NCBI GenBank assembly: GCA_002269645.1
Contig: NIVC01001966.1
Location: forward strand, 62,001 to 126,000
Length of the DNA: 64,000 nucleotides
DNA from: Macrostomum lignano
Taxonomy: Eukaryota
Direction of reading: 5' to 3'
Below the pieces are notes generated by a model. The model was not told the DNA's origin and made no database searches. It was given only the letters and a program-made list of their open reading frames with translations. Position numbers and translations under genes: made by a program. Shown here in pieces: positions 1-13,600 of this stretch; positions within the stretch are counted from its first letter, which is position 1; each line of letters opens with the position of its first letter.

Positions 1-122
1 CGAGACGAGGCCCGACTAGACGGCGAAGCCGGCGACGAGGCGACCAACCGGCCGATGATTGGCAGGCCGGACAGCAGCATGAGCGGCAGGCCCAGCAGCA
101 GCAGGCCAGCCAGGGTTTTCAT
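1..122 (-). CDS. N-terminus of a putative secreted/membrane protein (signal peptide); gene runs off the window start
   Basis: The - strand reads ATG(122) MKTLAGLLLLGLPLMLLSGLPIIGRLVASSPASPSSRASS..., a basic residue followed by a Leu-rich core. A 5'UTR intron lies at 201-320 (GTAAGT donor at 320, TTTTTAG acceptor at 201). Confidence 0.6.
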   Translation of the reverse strand, partial: MKTLAGLLLLGLPLMLLSGLPIIGRLVASSPASPSSRASS

Positions 123-1688
123 GCTGGGGTTGCTGTTGCTGCTGCTTGCCTTGGATTTGGTGGCCCGTCGAGCATTCGGAGACGCTGACTGCTGCTGCTG
201 CTAAAAAGTAGTGGAAATGAAAAAAATCCGGATTTTAGTTATAGTTTAGTTTAGTTATAGTTAACTGCTAAATATAGTTTGAAGGCAAATTAAAATTTCA
301 ATCAATTAATTAGGACTTACCATAGAACCAAAGCAGACTCGCAGTATGAGCAACGGCAGGTATCTGACGAACTGGTACAGGCAGCAGACAGAGTAAACGG
401 CTACAATCAAGTTGCTGTGCTGGCCGTCGCCAGATGATCGCTTCTTTCTTGTTGAAGACGAACTGCCACAATCAGAATTAGAGTCTGCCTGCCTCTCTGT
501 CCTATTGCTGTTGGTGGTCTTTGCCTGCTTGCTGGCGGTTGACTCGCCTCGGTGGATGACAGTGAACGAAGGCGGCGGCGGTAGAAAATCCGCCTCTGTT
601 GAAGGTATCGAATTTACTAGCGTCAGCGTGGCGGCCATTACTGTATACTGCTGTACGAGACAGAGTGGCACAACAGATCTGCAGCGTTTGCGAGAAAATC
701 AAAATGAATATAGAAATAGGTTTTAGCCTTGGCCGTATTTATATCCAGACAATAAGCTCCCCCCTCTCTTTCATTCCCCCTGTATATAACGTTATGTCAT
801 GCACAGCCCTCGTGTGCCATTTGCGACCTACGTGTTTGGAAATGCGGGGTTGGGTTGGACGAGCGGCGACCGAGTGAGATAGAGATAAAGAAAGAGAAGT
901 AAAGGCCGCAGCAATGTACAGTGGGAGAGTCAGGGATTTCCCGCGTGACGGGGAAACCCCTCTCCTTCCTGCCATATCACTAGCTTCTTATTCATTCCAC
1001 CTCCTCGTGGGCTTTGCTAACAGCCAATGAGAGAGCGGCAGACCTTGAGTGAGGAGAGGGGGTACTGGCTGTTTTGACTGACTCCCCTGGCCGTCATGTT
1101 TAGCCACGATGGTACTTGAATGTACTTTTTAAATTGCTGATAGCGCTTTTCCCAGCTTAGCTTTCTCAATTATCTTACTTTCCAACTTTGCCAGTTAATT
1201 GTAGTTTAAAGCAATTTGAATAGGGTCAATGAAATGATTGGCAGGTTAAGTTAGATAATAATATAATTATCGGGGGTTGCCCCCGGTACTTGTTTTGTCA
1301 AAATATTATTTTTTGTTATGCATTCAGAATCATTTTCTGTTTAAAATAACATGTTCAAAGTGAGCAAATCAATTTTTTTACTCGAAAAGTAAGTGGGTTG
1401 TGTCCATTAAAAAAATCATAACGACAAAATGGTATTTTTTGAACATAAATGACAACTGTTTTTAAAAGTACAAAATAGTATTGTATCGTTACGTAGTATA
1501 TTAATGCAATGATAGGGGTGTACTGATCTACTACTCCTACAAGTAAATCACTGGTGGAACTAGTAGTATGATAAAAATAGCAAGATTGCACACTCTCCCT
1601 TGAAAAAAATAAGGTCCTCGAGTTGAGCCGCCTGCCCGCCGAGGTCTCTATCACGGATGTCGTCAGCGTCCAGGGTCGTCATGCGACT

Positions 1689-4600
1689 ATGTCACAGAAG
1701 AAACCGACGCAGCCGGGGCGCCCCGAGGAGGCGGCTGACAACACGGGCCCGGCAGTGTACATCGAACCGATGATGCCAACTTCAAAGCCGGACATTCACT
1801 CGCTCTGTCTGAAGGACGACACCGATTGGCGTCGCACTGAGCCGGCTGAGCGTCGGGACCGGAAGGAGCGCCATCTGCTGACGCGTCTACCAGCAGCGCC
1901 GTTACAGGCGGAGCCGACGATGCCGACAAAGTCGCTATCAGACGCCGAGACAGCCGGCGTAGATCGGATCATGAAAGAAATTGAAAGCTACGAAGCCTGG
2001 CAGAAGCGCGCCATGGAGGCGCTCCGACAGCTGCAGGCTGACGAGGCCGAGGAGGCCGCCGCCGCCGCTGCCGGCGTCGACTTAAACAGCCGTCGGACTC
2101 CCCAGCTGGAGCTGGTCGGCAGTCGAGTCCAATTTCTCGGCCAGACGGCTCGCCGAGTCGACATGCTGGAGCCGCCGCCGCCGCGAGCTCAGGCCGGGCC
2201 GGAGCAGGTCCGAGCCGCTCTGTTTAAACAGTACGAGAGCGCGCTACCCTCGGACGAATTCGGAGCAGTCGGCCGCGGATTCAGTCCGGTCAGCGCTAAT
2301 GCCGAACGGCGTCAACGCAACGGCACCGACTTTACTGGCACCGGCGCGGCGGCGGCGGGGGCTGCCACGGTTGGCTCCGCGAATGGCGACGTTGTTGAAG
2401 GAATCGCTATGACCGACGTTGTCGAAGTGGAAGAGGGAGCGCTGACCAGGATGAGGTGAAGAATCAGTTTTGATTTTTTCTTCTGATGTCGCTGGCGACC
2501 CCTGAGTTTCAGTCTGGCGCCAAGGAGAGCGCCCCGCCCACCAAGGAAAGTGCCTCCCCCCAATGAGAGCGCCCCGCCCCCCAAGTAGAGTGCCTCCCCC
2601 CAAGGAGAGTGCCCCGCCTTCCAAGTAGAGTGCCTCCCCATGGAAGCGCCCCCCCCCCAAGGAGAGCGCCCCGCCCACCAAGGAGAGCGCCCCCCCCCCA
2701 AGGAGAGCGCCCCCCCCCTAGGAGAGCGCCCCGCCCACCAAGTAGAGTGCCTCCCCCCAGGAGAGCGCCCCGCCCCCAAGTAGAGTGCCTTCCCAAGGAG
2801 AGCGCCCCCCCCAAGGAGAGCGCCCCGCCCACCAAGGAGAGCGCCCCCCAAGGAGAGCGCCCCCCCCCAAGGAGAGCGCCCCCCCCAAGGAGAGCGCCCC
2901 GCCCACCAAGGAGAGTGCCTCCCCCCAATAAGAGCGCCCCGCCCCCCAAGTAGAGTGCCTCCCCCAAGGAGAGCGCCCCCCACCCAAGGAGAGCGCCCCC
3001 CCCAAGGAGAGTGCCCTCCAAGGAAAGCGCACCCCGAGAGCGCCCCCGCCCTAAAGAGAGCCCCCCCCAACGTGAGCGCTTCCCTTAAGAAGAGCTCCCC
3101 TTTCTAATAATGAGTTTAACAAAGCCTTTCTAACGGAAGAAGGTTATATCTAAATGTCATGCAAATCAAGAATCCAAAATTTACTACGAGTACACTACCG
3201 AACTTCAGGCTGCAAAATCGTCTAAGTCGAAGCATTGAAAGGCTCAATGCCGAGTACAGAAATGAAGGCGGCGTTGAAAGCTTCTTCGGTGAGCCATTGG
3301 TTTGTCTGAGACGGTCTTTCTACTGTAGAGTCTTAGCTGACATCCTACATTTCTAGGACTTAGAAGACGAAACAGGCCCTTACAGCCAACCAACGATAAT
3401 CCTGGACCTTCAAAATAAACTCCACTTTTCAGGCCTCAGACGGAGCAGTTCGTTACCAACAGTTCATCTGGACGAAGAAGACAATCTGGTGCTGAATCTG
3501 GACTATAATTCCATAGAGAAAGAGGTAAGCTTTGCGGACGGAACTATTCAAAACTTTGAGCCACTTTCTGTGGCCCATGAAGTCTCTAAAGCAGGGTTCG
3601 GCAAAGTCCGGCCCGCGAAGCCTTTCTACCCGGCCCTCGGGTCCTTTGAAACTTCACAATAGCAATCCGGCCCGCTTAAGGTTTGCGTCTCTCCCAGCTC
3701 CCTTATTTTTTCTCCTCTCCTCCACTCTCAGCTCCTCTCCAATCTCCCTTCTCTCCTCTCCCCTCACCTTCCCTCCCCTCTAACTTCTCTCCCCTCATCT
3801 CCTCTCTCCTCTTCTCTCCCCTCATCTCCTCTCTCCTCTTCTCTCCCCTCTCTCCTCTCTTCTTCCCTTTTCTCCTCTATTCTCCCTCTTCTCTCTTCCC
3901 CTCTCTGGTCCGCAGTCATGCGCTAGATTTTATATCTGGCCCTTAAAAAATTTTGCGGTCAACCCTGCTCTAAAAAGTCTAATTCGAGTTCATCAGTAGC
4001 AACATCTCGATCCTCAATCCTAACTTGAATTTTGTTTCAGCTTCAGGCCCAGACGCGTCTGATGGTAGAAGAAGAGAATCGAGTCAAACTAAATGAGGCG
4101 AGCCAATCTGCTGAAGAGCAGCAGCAGCAGCAGCAGTCCGAGCAGGGAGAAGGTGTACAAGAAGGCGAGCGAGCCGGTTCCACGGCCGGCGGCGAAGAAA
4201 CGAGTGCCAAAACTGATGCCCCACGCTCCAAAGTGCTTCAACAACTGGCGATTAAAGGTACGTTAACGCGTGAAAAACAAAGGGGTTTTAGTAGAAATGA
4301 TATTCACGACAAGGTGGCCGGGAAGTTGTCGTGAATTCGCAGCCATGAGGGCCAACCCCCAAGGCGCAGACAGTGTACGTGCCTGACGATTGATCAAGAA
4401 AGTCAAAGTGCCGCTGTTCATCCTGTGAGAGCCTGTGTATGAGTGTGTGCCTGCGCAAGCCTCCTACAGTTATCATTAATATCATTATTATTAATATCCT
4501 ACCGAGAATTTTACCTGCAGCATCAGAATGGAGCTCAGAAACAAACCGACTGACTAAAAGCAGCAAAACGTCATTTGAAACTTTGCAATAGCAATCCTCA

Positions 4601-7600
4601 AGTAATGCACAATCGTTTAAGGTTCTCTACGGTCTTCTAAGCTCTTTTCTCTCTTCCATTCCTTCTCCTTTTCTTTGAGTTAATTTTATGAGCTAAACAA
4701 ATCAATCTGATTAAAATTGCCAATTTCAGAGCCCGAACCGACGCCAGCTCAGTTGGCTTTGGCGGCGGGCAGAAAATACGTGATTTTGCCCAGACAGTAA
4801 GTGTGTGAAATGCGTACATTGTTTGCTGCTATTTTACACTTGTGATACCAATCTATAATCGCTTGTAATTGCTTGTCTGGCCCATAGTGACTCAGTTGTG
4901 CAACCTTTTCAGTAATTTAGGGCGGCAGATATGCCGGTAATTTACCCCCGACGCCGGTCCAACGGTCAAAGGTGGCTCTCGCCTAAAGCAGAGATACCTT
5001 ATCTTGTTATGGCCACTCTTCACGCGTGCCTCACTCATAGGGGCTGCTTTGTTTGAATCCAGTTTGTCCTGTCCTCTTTGCCTGCTTTTATCTGCCTGCC
5101 TTCTATAGTGGCGCAATACGTATTAACTCGCCTCTATTTAGAATCTATTTTCATTTCCTACTTTCCCGTGTCTCTTCTAGAAGAATAGCGGGCGGCAGTA
5201 TTAACTTTGCAACCTTTGCTCAGCCCGTGAAATCGAAGCATACGGGGGTGTGGTCTGAGCCACACCACTCGATCAATAATCATAGCAAATGACCTACACT
5301 TGTCATTGAGGTCATGACAAGTTCGCGGACTTTTGGGCAGTAAACAAGTTTTTCGGAATGTGTTACGGGGTTTTAGTTGAATGCTTGCTAGGAACAGCGT
5401 TCTAAGAAAATGAACCTACCCGTTAATACGTGTAAAAATTTTTTTTTAAAAGTAAAATTGAGTTTCTCTGCAATCACCCTATAGTAAGAATTGTCAATAA
5501 GCCAATTTTTTCAGCAGTATTCTATAATTCTAATTCGATGCCTACTATAAGTAGTTTGAAAACTTCTTGTCTTCCAACAACTATAAGCCTTGCTATCAAG
5601 TCACGCGAGGTGACTGGTGAGTGTCCTGACCCTATAGATCCGGATTTGAATGACTTGTCGCTAGCAAACTTTGAACTTTGAACTTTTCTTACACAGTTTT
5701 TCAGCATTAATCATATAAAATATTGCCGTCTGATAGAATATAATTCACTGTTTCAAAGCGTGAAATCTGTTGGAAAAGTACCCGAAACTTCTCTATTAAT
5801 TAAAAAGGCGATGTAGAGACAGTGCAAATTAAATTTTCAAGAAATTCTAAAAAGGTAATGCCAAAATTATGAGAGCCTACATGTATTTTAAGACTTGCGT
5901 CTTAGAGAACAGCTAAAGCCTTCGTGCCTCTGATTCTAAAGTACAGTTTAGAGTGAGCATGCGGTGCCACGTGTGTTCATGAACGGAGCTCACTGTGTTA
6001 TATTAGTGAAGGGAGATCATTGGCCCTTCCAGTCATCATGAATTAGGGTCATTGCCCTTCCAGTCATCATGAATTGGGTCATTGCCCTTCCAGTCATCAT
6101 GAATTGGGTCATTGCCCTTCCAGTCATCATGAATTAGGGTCATTGCCCTTCCAGTCATCATGAATTAGGGTCATTGCCCTTCCAGTCATCATGAATTAGG
6201 GTCATTGCCCTTCCAGTCATCATGAATTAGGGTCATTGCCCTTCCAGTCATCATGAATTAGGGTCATTGCCCTCTCAGTCATGTAAAGAGGTCATTGCCC
6301 CCTCCGCCATAAAGGGAGGTCATTGACCTATCAGTCATGTAGGGGGGCCATTGCCCTCTCAGTAATGTAGGGGGGTCATTGCCGTCTCAGTCATGTAGGG
6401 GGGCCATTGCCCTCTCAGTCATGTAGGGGGAGCATTGCCGTCTCAGTCATGTAGGGGGGTCATTGCCGTCTCAGTCATCTAGGGGGGTCATTGCCCTCTC
6501 AGTCATGTAGGGGGAGCATTGCCCTCTCAGTCATGTAGGGGGGTCATTGCCGTCTCAGTCATGTAGAGGGGCCATTGCCCTCTCAGTCATGTAGGGGGAG
6601 CATTGCCGTCTCAGTCATCTAGGGGGGTCATTGCCCTCTCAGTCATGTAGGGGGAGCATTGCCCTCTCAGTCATGTAGGGGGGGGGGTCATTGCCCTCTC
6701 AGTCATGTAGGGGGGGGGGGTCATTGCCGTCTCAGTCATCTAGGGAGGCCATTGCCCTCTCAGTCATTTTGTCCCTAAATGAAGCCATTTCACGATAAAT
6801 GAGCAAAGAGAACGCTCCCGCGTCACGGAGACAGACGATTGTGTCCCCATGAAACTGAGAAACTGTCATTCCCTCATCCTAACAGAGTGCAGCAGGCGCA
6901 GCAGCAGCAGCAGCTGATGCGGCAGCGGCGCGGTCTGGTCAGCATGGCTCGCATCGACGCTATCGAGCGTTTCCTGAACGAGCCGGCGAATCAACTGGCC
7001 CGGCGCGAGTCCCTCGACTCGGTCAAGAAGCCCGCCGATTGGGAACTGCGAGTGCCCAAGTGAGCTTCGTTTATTAATTTAAGCACCAGCTCTTGTTAAT
7101 ACTATCAGTAGGCTAAATAGCGAATTGCGACTAGAAAAATTCTACTTGCTCACAACTGCAAACTATTTCGGCGATTCGAAAGTTCGGGCTTATGAAAAGT
7201 ACCCCCGTTTATTTTTTTATGCAGACGGATTCGATCCACACGTCGGCGGAGCCTGCCGCTGAATCTGAGGGACGATTTTCCGGCTTGGGCAGCTGAGCAC
7301 GGGTACCGGTGAGCACCGGTTTGCATAAATTTTGGCCAATTATGATGCAGCGAGTCTTCATTTGCAAGGTTAAGGGGGCTATGAAACTTTCCTTTGTAGC
7401 TCTTTAGGGTGCTAAACTTCCATCCAATGTCCATCTTGCATTGGCGCCAAATTTTCCTTTATCACTCTAAAATGGCGCCAAACCATCCTTCATCACTCTA
7501 AAATGGCGCCAAACTATTTATATTCACTCAAAATGGCGCCAAACCATTTATATTCACTCAAAATGGCGCCAAACTATTTATATTCACTCAAAATGGCGCC

Positions 7601-10600
7601 AAACCATTTATATTCACTCGACAATGGCGCGTAACCATTTCTATTCGCTCAAAAATGGCGCCAAACCATTTATATTCACTCGACAATGGCGCGTAACCAT
7701 TTCTATTCGCTCAAAAATGGCGCCAAACCGTTTACCTTCACTCGAAAATAGCGCCAAACTATCCTTCCTCACAAAAAATGGCGCCAAAACATGCTTCCTC
7801 ACTCGACAATGGCGCCAAACCATTTATATTCACTCGACAATGGCGCCAAAACATGCTTCCTCACTCAAAAATGGCGCCAAACCATTTATATTCACTCAAC
7901 AATGGCGCCAAACCATTTCAATTCACTCGACAATGGCGCCAAACCATTTCTATTCGCTCAAAATGGCGCCAAACCGTTTATCTTCACTCGAAAATAGCGC
8001 CAAACCATCGTTCCTACCTCACAAAAAAATGGCGCCAAAACATGCTTTCTCACTCAAAAATGGCGCCAAACCTTCTTTCCGCATTCGAAAATGGCGCCAA
8101 ACGATGTTCCCTAGCCTGTACAGGCGCCAGTAATTACAAAGTAGCCGATCTCTGCAACCTTCCCAGCGGAGACGGCGACCCCCGGGACTGGGTGCCGGCA
8201 GTCTGGGACCTCTGGTTTGACGAAGTCTACCCGCCGAGTTCACGCGACGGCGATCGCGAAGTCGGCGCCGACGCCGCCGGTGGCCAGTCGCAGAGGCAGC
8301 CGCAGCGACAATGGACGGATTCGGCGACATCGGATTCTGCCGTAACAGACGAACGCGCGCTGTTGAATGACCCGGAGTTCGCGCGAGTCCGTCACGACTC
8401 GGACAGCAGCTCGGAGGCGCCGTCCGAGCATCCGGTCCAGTTGCCGGAGAAAATCCCGCCAGCTCTGGACGAAATTCCTGAAGCCGATCGGGAAACTGCG
8501 GCAGCCATCCTGGAGCAGGAGGTGGCCAAGCTGACTGCCGACATCGAGGCTGCTGAGCGGCTTGAGAAGCTGCCGAGTGCCTTTCAGCTCTGCCGACGGG
8601 GTGCCCTGAGGCGCAAGGTTGGTTGACTGCGCTTATTTCTAACAGCATGTTCGTGCTGTTACACATTCAGGTGCTACCTGTTACACATTCAGGTGCCATC
8701 TGTTACACATTCAGGTGCTATCTGTTACACATTCAGGTGCTACCTGTTACACATTCAGGTGCTATCTGTTACACATTCAGGTGCTACCTGTTACACATTC
8801 AGGTGCTATCTGTTACACATTCAGGTGCTACCTGTTACACATTCAGGTGCTGCGTATTAGACATTCAGGTGCTATCTGTTACACAATCAGGTGCTGCGTG
8901 TTAGACATTCTGGTGCTGCGTGTTAGACATTCTGGTGCTGCCTGTTAGACATTCTGGTGCTACCTGTTACACATTCTGGTGCTGCCTGTTACACATTCAG
9001 GTGCTACCTGTTAGGCAGATGTTAGTCAGGTCGGGGTGCAGCCTTCGTGAGAAACAGGCTTCAAAAGCCTCGAATTCCGAATTGGGATGCAGAATTACTC
9101 AGCCTGTGAATCCGGCCGATTTCTCCTAAATCAGCCATCCCCCGCTTCCTTAACACCGCGGCATTTCGTCTCAGTGCCAGGCTTTTCCGTCTCACCGGCT
9201 CTGCTCAGTAAAGACGGCTTTTAATTAAAGGCGCGTCAGCGAGCAAGCCGAGCACACGGGCCTTGAGCTTGTCTTTGAGCTTTGAGCTTGTCTGCAGCTC
9301 GCTCAGAGTCATATACTCTCTGTGGGAGGAACCGAAGACGCCCGGGCGGTTCTCAATCCGTTTCCCTCCCGCTCGCCGTCTCCCCTCCACCCCCGCAGCG
9401 GCGCCGCGCCTTCTCCTGACTTGATCGGCAGCGTCTACATTCCCTCCCTGAGTCCTCGAGCGCCCGATAATCCCGACCTACCATTTAAATCCCTTCGATT
9501 CTGCTGGGGGAGCGGGCTTCAGGCTATAGAACACTCTGTCTCTGTCCTATTGCTAGAGTTAAATCTTCTCACGAAATTGTTGAAAGCAGGAGTGATATTA
9601 CTGATGACTGCATGCTGACTTGATCTGTGCACCCTGCCCTTAGAAACTCGACGCTTCTATGCAACCTATTTATGACTTCACACTCGGGAATCTCAACAAA
9701 TAGCAATCTCACCCTCTAGTCTAAAATCTCACCTTCTAGAATCTCACCCTTTATAATCCTACCCTTTCAAATTTTTCCTGTAGAATCTCACCCTCTAGAA
9801 TCTTACCCTCTAGAATCTTACCCTCTAGAATCTTATCCTCTAGAATCTTACCCTCTTGAATCTTATCCTCTAGAATCTTATCCTCTAGAATCTTACCCTC
9901 TTGAATCTTATCCTCTAGAATCCTACTGTCTAGAATCTTACCCTCTTGAATCTTATCCTCTTGAATCTTACCCTCTTGAATCTTATCCTCTAGAATCCTA
10001 CTGTCTAGAATCTTACCCTCTTGAATCTTATCCTCTTGAATCTCACCCTCTAGAATCTTACCCTCTAGAATCTTACCCTCTTGAATCTTACCCTCTTGAA
10101 TCTTATCCTCTAGAATCTTATCGTCTAGAATCTAATCCTTGAATCTCATCCTCTAGAATCCTACTCTCTAGAATCTGACACTTTAGAATCTCACTCTTTA
10201 GAATCTCACCCTTTAGAATCCCACCCTTTAGAATCTTATCCCCTCTAGAATCTCACCCTCTAGAATCTCACCATTTAACAGCCCAACCTTAAGAATCTCA
10301 CCCTCTAAAATCTCACCCTCTAGAATCTTACCCTTTAGAATCTACCCTTTCGAATCTCAGCCTTTAGAATTCCATCCTTTAGAATCTCAACCTTTAAAAT
10401 CTCAGCCTTCAGAATCTCACTATTAGAATCTACAGAATCACACAACCTACAGACTTACAAATTTTTAAGAGATTCAATTATAACAACCCTCGTCGCACCC
10501 GCAGCTGGGCTACTTACGCGGGGCTCGAGAAGATCTGGACAGGTGCATCGGTCAGGAGCCCCGGTACCTGGATGCTTACTGGCACCGACACCTGCTGAAG

Positions 10601-13600
10601 GTGCTTGAGAACCGCCTGTCCGGGGCTCTAGATGACTTGAACGTGTTGCTGAAGCACACCAAAGATAACGCCAGCGCCTACAAGGCCAGGGCTGAAATCT
10701 ATCGCAAGAAGAATGACGTCACCATGGCTATTATAAATTACGGTCAGGCCATCAAGCTCAACCCGAGCGATGCCGACTGCTACCACAAGAGAGCTGGACT
10801 GTACGAGAAGGTGACTGCTCAGTCTCACAGTTGCATTTGCTTTGACTGGGATTCACTGCGAAACACTTATTTCTCTTCTCTCTTCCAGTTCTCTTCTCCT
10901 CTCCTCTCCTCTTTTCTCATCTCCTCTCCTCTCATCTCCTCTCATCTCCTGTCCTATCCTCTCCTATCCTCTCCTATCCTCTCCTCTCCTCTCCTATCCT
11001 TTCCTCTCCTCTCCTCTCCTCTCCTCTTCTAGTTCTCATCTCCTCTCTTCTAGTTCTCATCTCCTCTCTTCTAGTTCTCATCTCCTCTCTTCTAGTTCTC
11101 ATCTCCTCTCCTCTCCTCTCTTCTCCTCTCCTCTCCTCTCCTCTCCTCTCCTCTCCTTTCCTCTCCTCTCCTCTCCTCTTCTCTCCACTCCTATCCTCTC
11201 CTCTCATCTCCTCTCCTCTCCTCTCCTCTCCTCTCCTTTCCTCTCCTCTCCTCTCCTCTCCTCTCCTCTCCTTTCCTCTCCTCTCCTCTCCTCTCCTCTC
11301 CTCTCCTCTCCTCTCCTCTCCTCTCATCCCCTCTCATCTCATCTCATCTCATCTCCTATTCTCTCCTCTCCTCCCCTCTCCTCTCCTCTCCTCTCCTCTC
11401 CTCTCCTCTCCTCTCATCTCCTCTCCTCTCCTCTCTTCTCCTCTCCTCTCCTCTCCTCTCCTCTCCTCTCCTCTCCTCTCCTATCCTCTCCTCTCCTATC
11501 CTCCCCTCTCCTCTCCTCTCCTCTCATCTCCTCTCCTCTCCTCTCTTCTCTTCTCCTCTCCTCTCCTCTCCTCTCCTCTCCTATCCTTTCCTCTCCTCTC
11601 CTCTCCTCTCCTCTTCTAGTTCTCATCTCCTCTCTTCTAGTTCTCATCTCCTCTCTTCTAGTTCTCATCTCCTCTCCTCTCCTCTCTTCTCCTCTCCTCT
11701 CCTCTCCTCTCCTCTCCTTTCCTCTCCTCTCCTCTCCTCTTCTCTCCACTCCTATCCTCTCCTCTCATCTCCTCTCCTCTCCTCTCCTCTCCTCTCCTTT
11801 CCTCTCCTCTCCTCTCCTCTCCTCTCCTCTCCTCTCCTTTCCTCTCCTCTCCTCTCCTCTCCTCTCCTCTCCTCTCCTCTCCTCTCATCCCCTCTCATCT
11901 CATCTCATCTCATCTCCTATTCTCTCCTCTCCTCTCCTCTCCTATTCTCTCCTCTCCTCTCCTCTCATCTCTTCTTCTCTCCTCTCTAGTGCTGCGCCAC
12001 TCCAATCATACTCAATGCAAAATGTTCTATTTTCAGCGAGGCGAGATGCGCTTGGCCCTGGAGGACTACTCCATGGCTAGCAAGCTGAGTCCGGACAAGA
12101 CGGACGCTTTGTTTAAGCACGGATTGTACTACTTCCAGAATGAGTAAGCGGCTTATCGCGTTTAGTAACTTTCCGGATTTAGACGGTTTTTTGATGACGT
12201 CACCACGTCCTCAAACGCATTTTTTATTCCGAGATGATGGCGTCATTTTTTTTCAAAAGATATGACGTCATTTTCCCCTTTAATGGTGACGTCAGTCTGT
12301 AATTTTATGCCTGTGTCATTCTCCTTGTTCTGTGAGACGTCGTTTTCAGATGCTATGCCGTCACGTTGAGTCTTAGATGATGACGTCTTTCTTCTCATTT
12401 CTGTTATGCGTCGCACTTCACAGACAGTGGCAATTCGCCATCAACGACTTCACTGAGCTGCTCACCCGCGATCCCAAGGACTCTCGCGCCTACACCTACA
12501 TTGGGCGTTGCTACGCCAAGCTGCAGCAGATGATACCCGCTGTGCAAGCGTTCTCATCCGCCATCCATCTCAATCCGTACAATTGGATCGCCTTCTATCA
12601 CCGAGGCCGCCTGCTCAGGCGAGCTCAGCCTGATAAAGCGTTGCGCGACCTGTCAATCTCAGTGATGCTCAACGAGGACGTTGAGAATGCTATGGCTTTC
12701 ATGTATCGGGGCATTCTCTACTGCGAGATGGACAGGTGAATAACTGCGCGAATTGAAATTACAGCCAATTAGAAACCAGTCAGTGTGAATGTTCAAATTC
12801 TTCTAGCCAATGTTCATTGGGGTAGAGAGGTAAAACTCCAGCCAACCAGAGACCAGCCAGTGTGAATGTGCAAATTCTCCTAGCCAATGTTCATTGGGGT
12901 AGAGGGCTAAAACTCCAGCCAACCAGAAACGAGCCAGTGTGAATGTGCAAATTCTCATACCCAATGTACATACACATGTAGGGGTGGTGCAGTAAAACTC
13001 CAGCCAATCAGAGATCCGAAATCGGTTTACTAAACGTAACTAAAAATAAGGAGTGTTTAAAAATTCTGTTAGAAACTGACAGCAAGGTGACGTCAAATGG
13101 CACAATTTCAATCGAATTTCAATCCAGACCAGAAGATGCCATTCCGGATTTCGAGACCCTGGTCCGTCTGAGACAGGACATCCCCTGCGCTCACGTCAAC
13201 CTTGGGCTGGTCTACCACCACACGGATCGGCACCACCTGTAAGCTATCCATACCACGCCTTGGAACTGATATGATTAAACTTGAATTTCGTTTTACTTAG
13301 CTCGCATGGACCGCTTATGCTTCCGCAGGGCGATTCATCACTACAGCGCCGCAATCAATGTGGACCCGACCTACATCCGGGCAGTGCGTTGCCGAGTTGA
13401 CGCCTTCGTAGCTATGCGAGAGGTTTGGAAAATTGCTTGGAAAACGAATTCATTAATTATTCATTAATCTCTTGGATTGTTTTGTTTGAGCAAAATCAAA
13501 TTCATCCCAGAATTAATTTGTAACGTCTGTGAAGCTGTGAAGTTGGAAAAGTACAATCTAAAGTAACATTTTTCTACGCATTAGTGTGCACATTCTCAGG

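Noticed and set aside
306-671. 121-aa - strand ORF
   Set aside because: It overlaps what looks like the 5'UTR exon of the signal-peptide gene (donor at 320), has no recognisable motifs, and runs through the donor.
2244-3070. Several long Gly/Pro-rich ORFs
   Set aside because: They are translations of the intron 1 minisatellite.
4385-4430. Canonical hammerhead ribozyme
   Set aside because: The core words are present, but no NUH with pairing helices I and III could be formed; it is kept only as a low-confidence lead.
5522-5707. 61-aa - strand ORF as a possible TE fragment
   Set aside because: No diagnostic motif could be assigned.
10842-12080. 412-aa LSSP-repeat ORF
   Set aside because: It is a (CTCTC)n microsatellite translation inside a phase-consistent intron.
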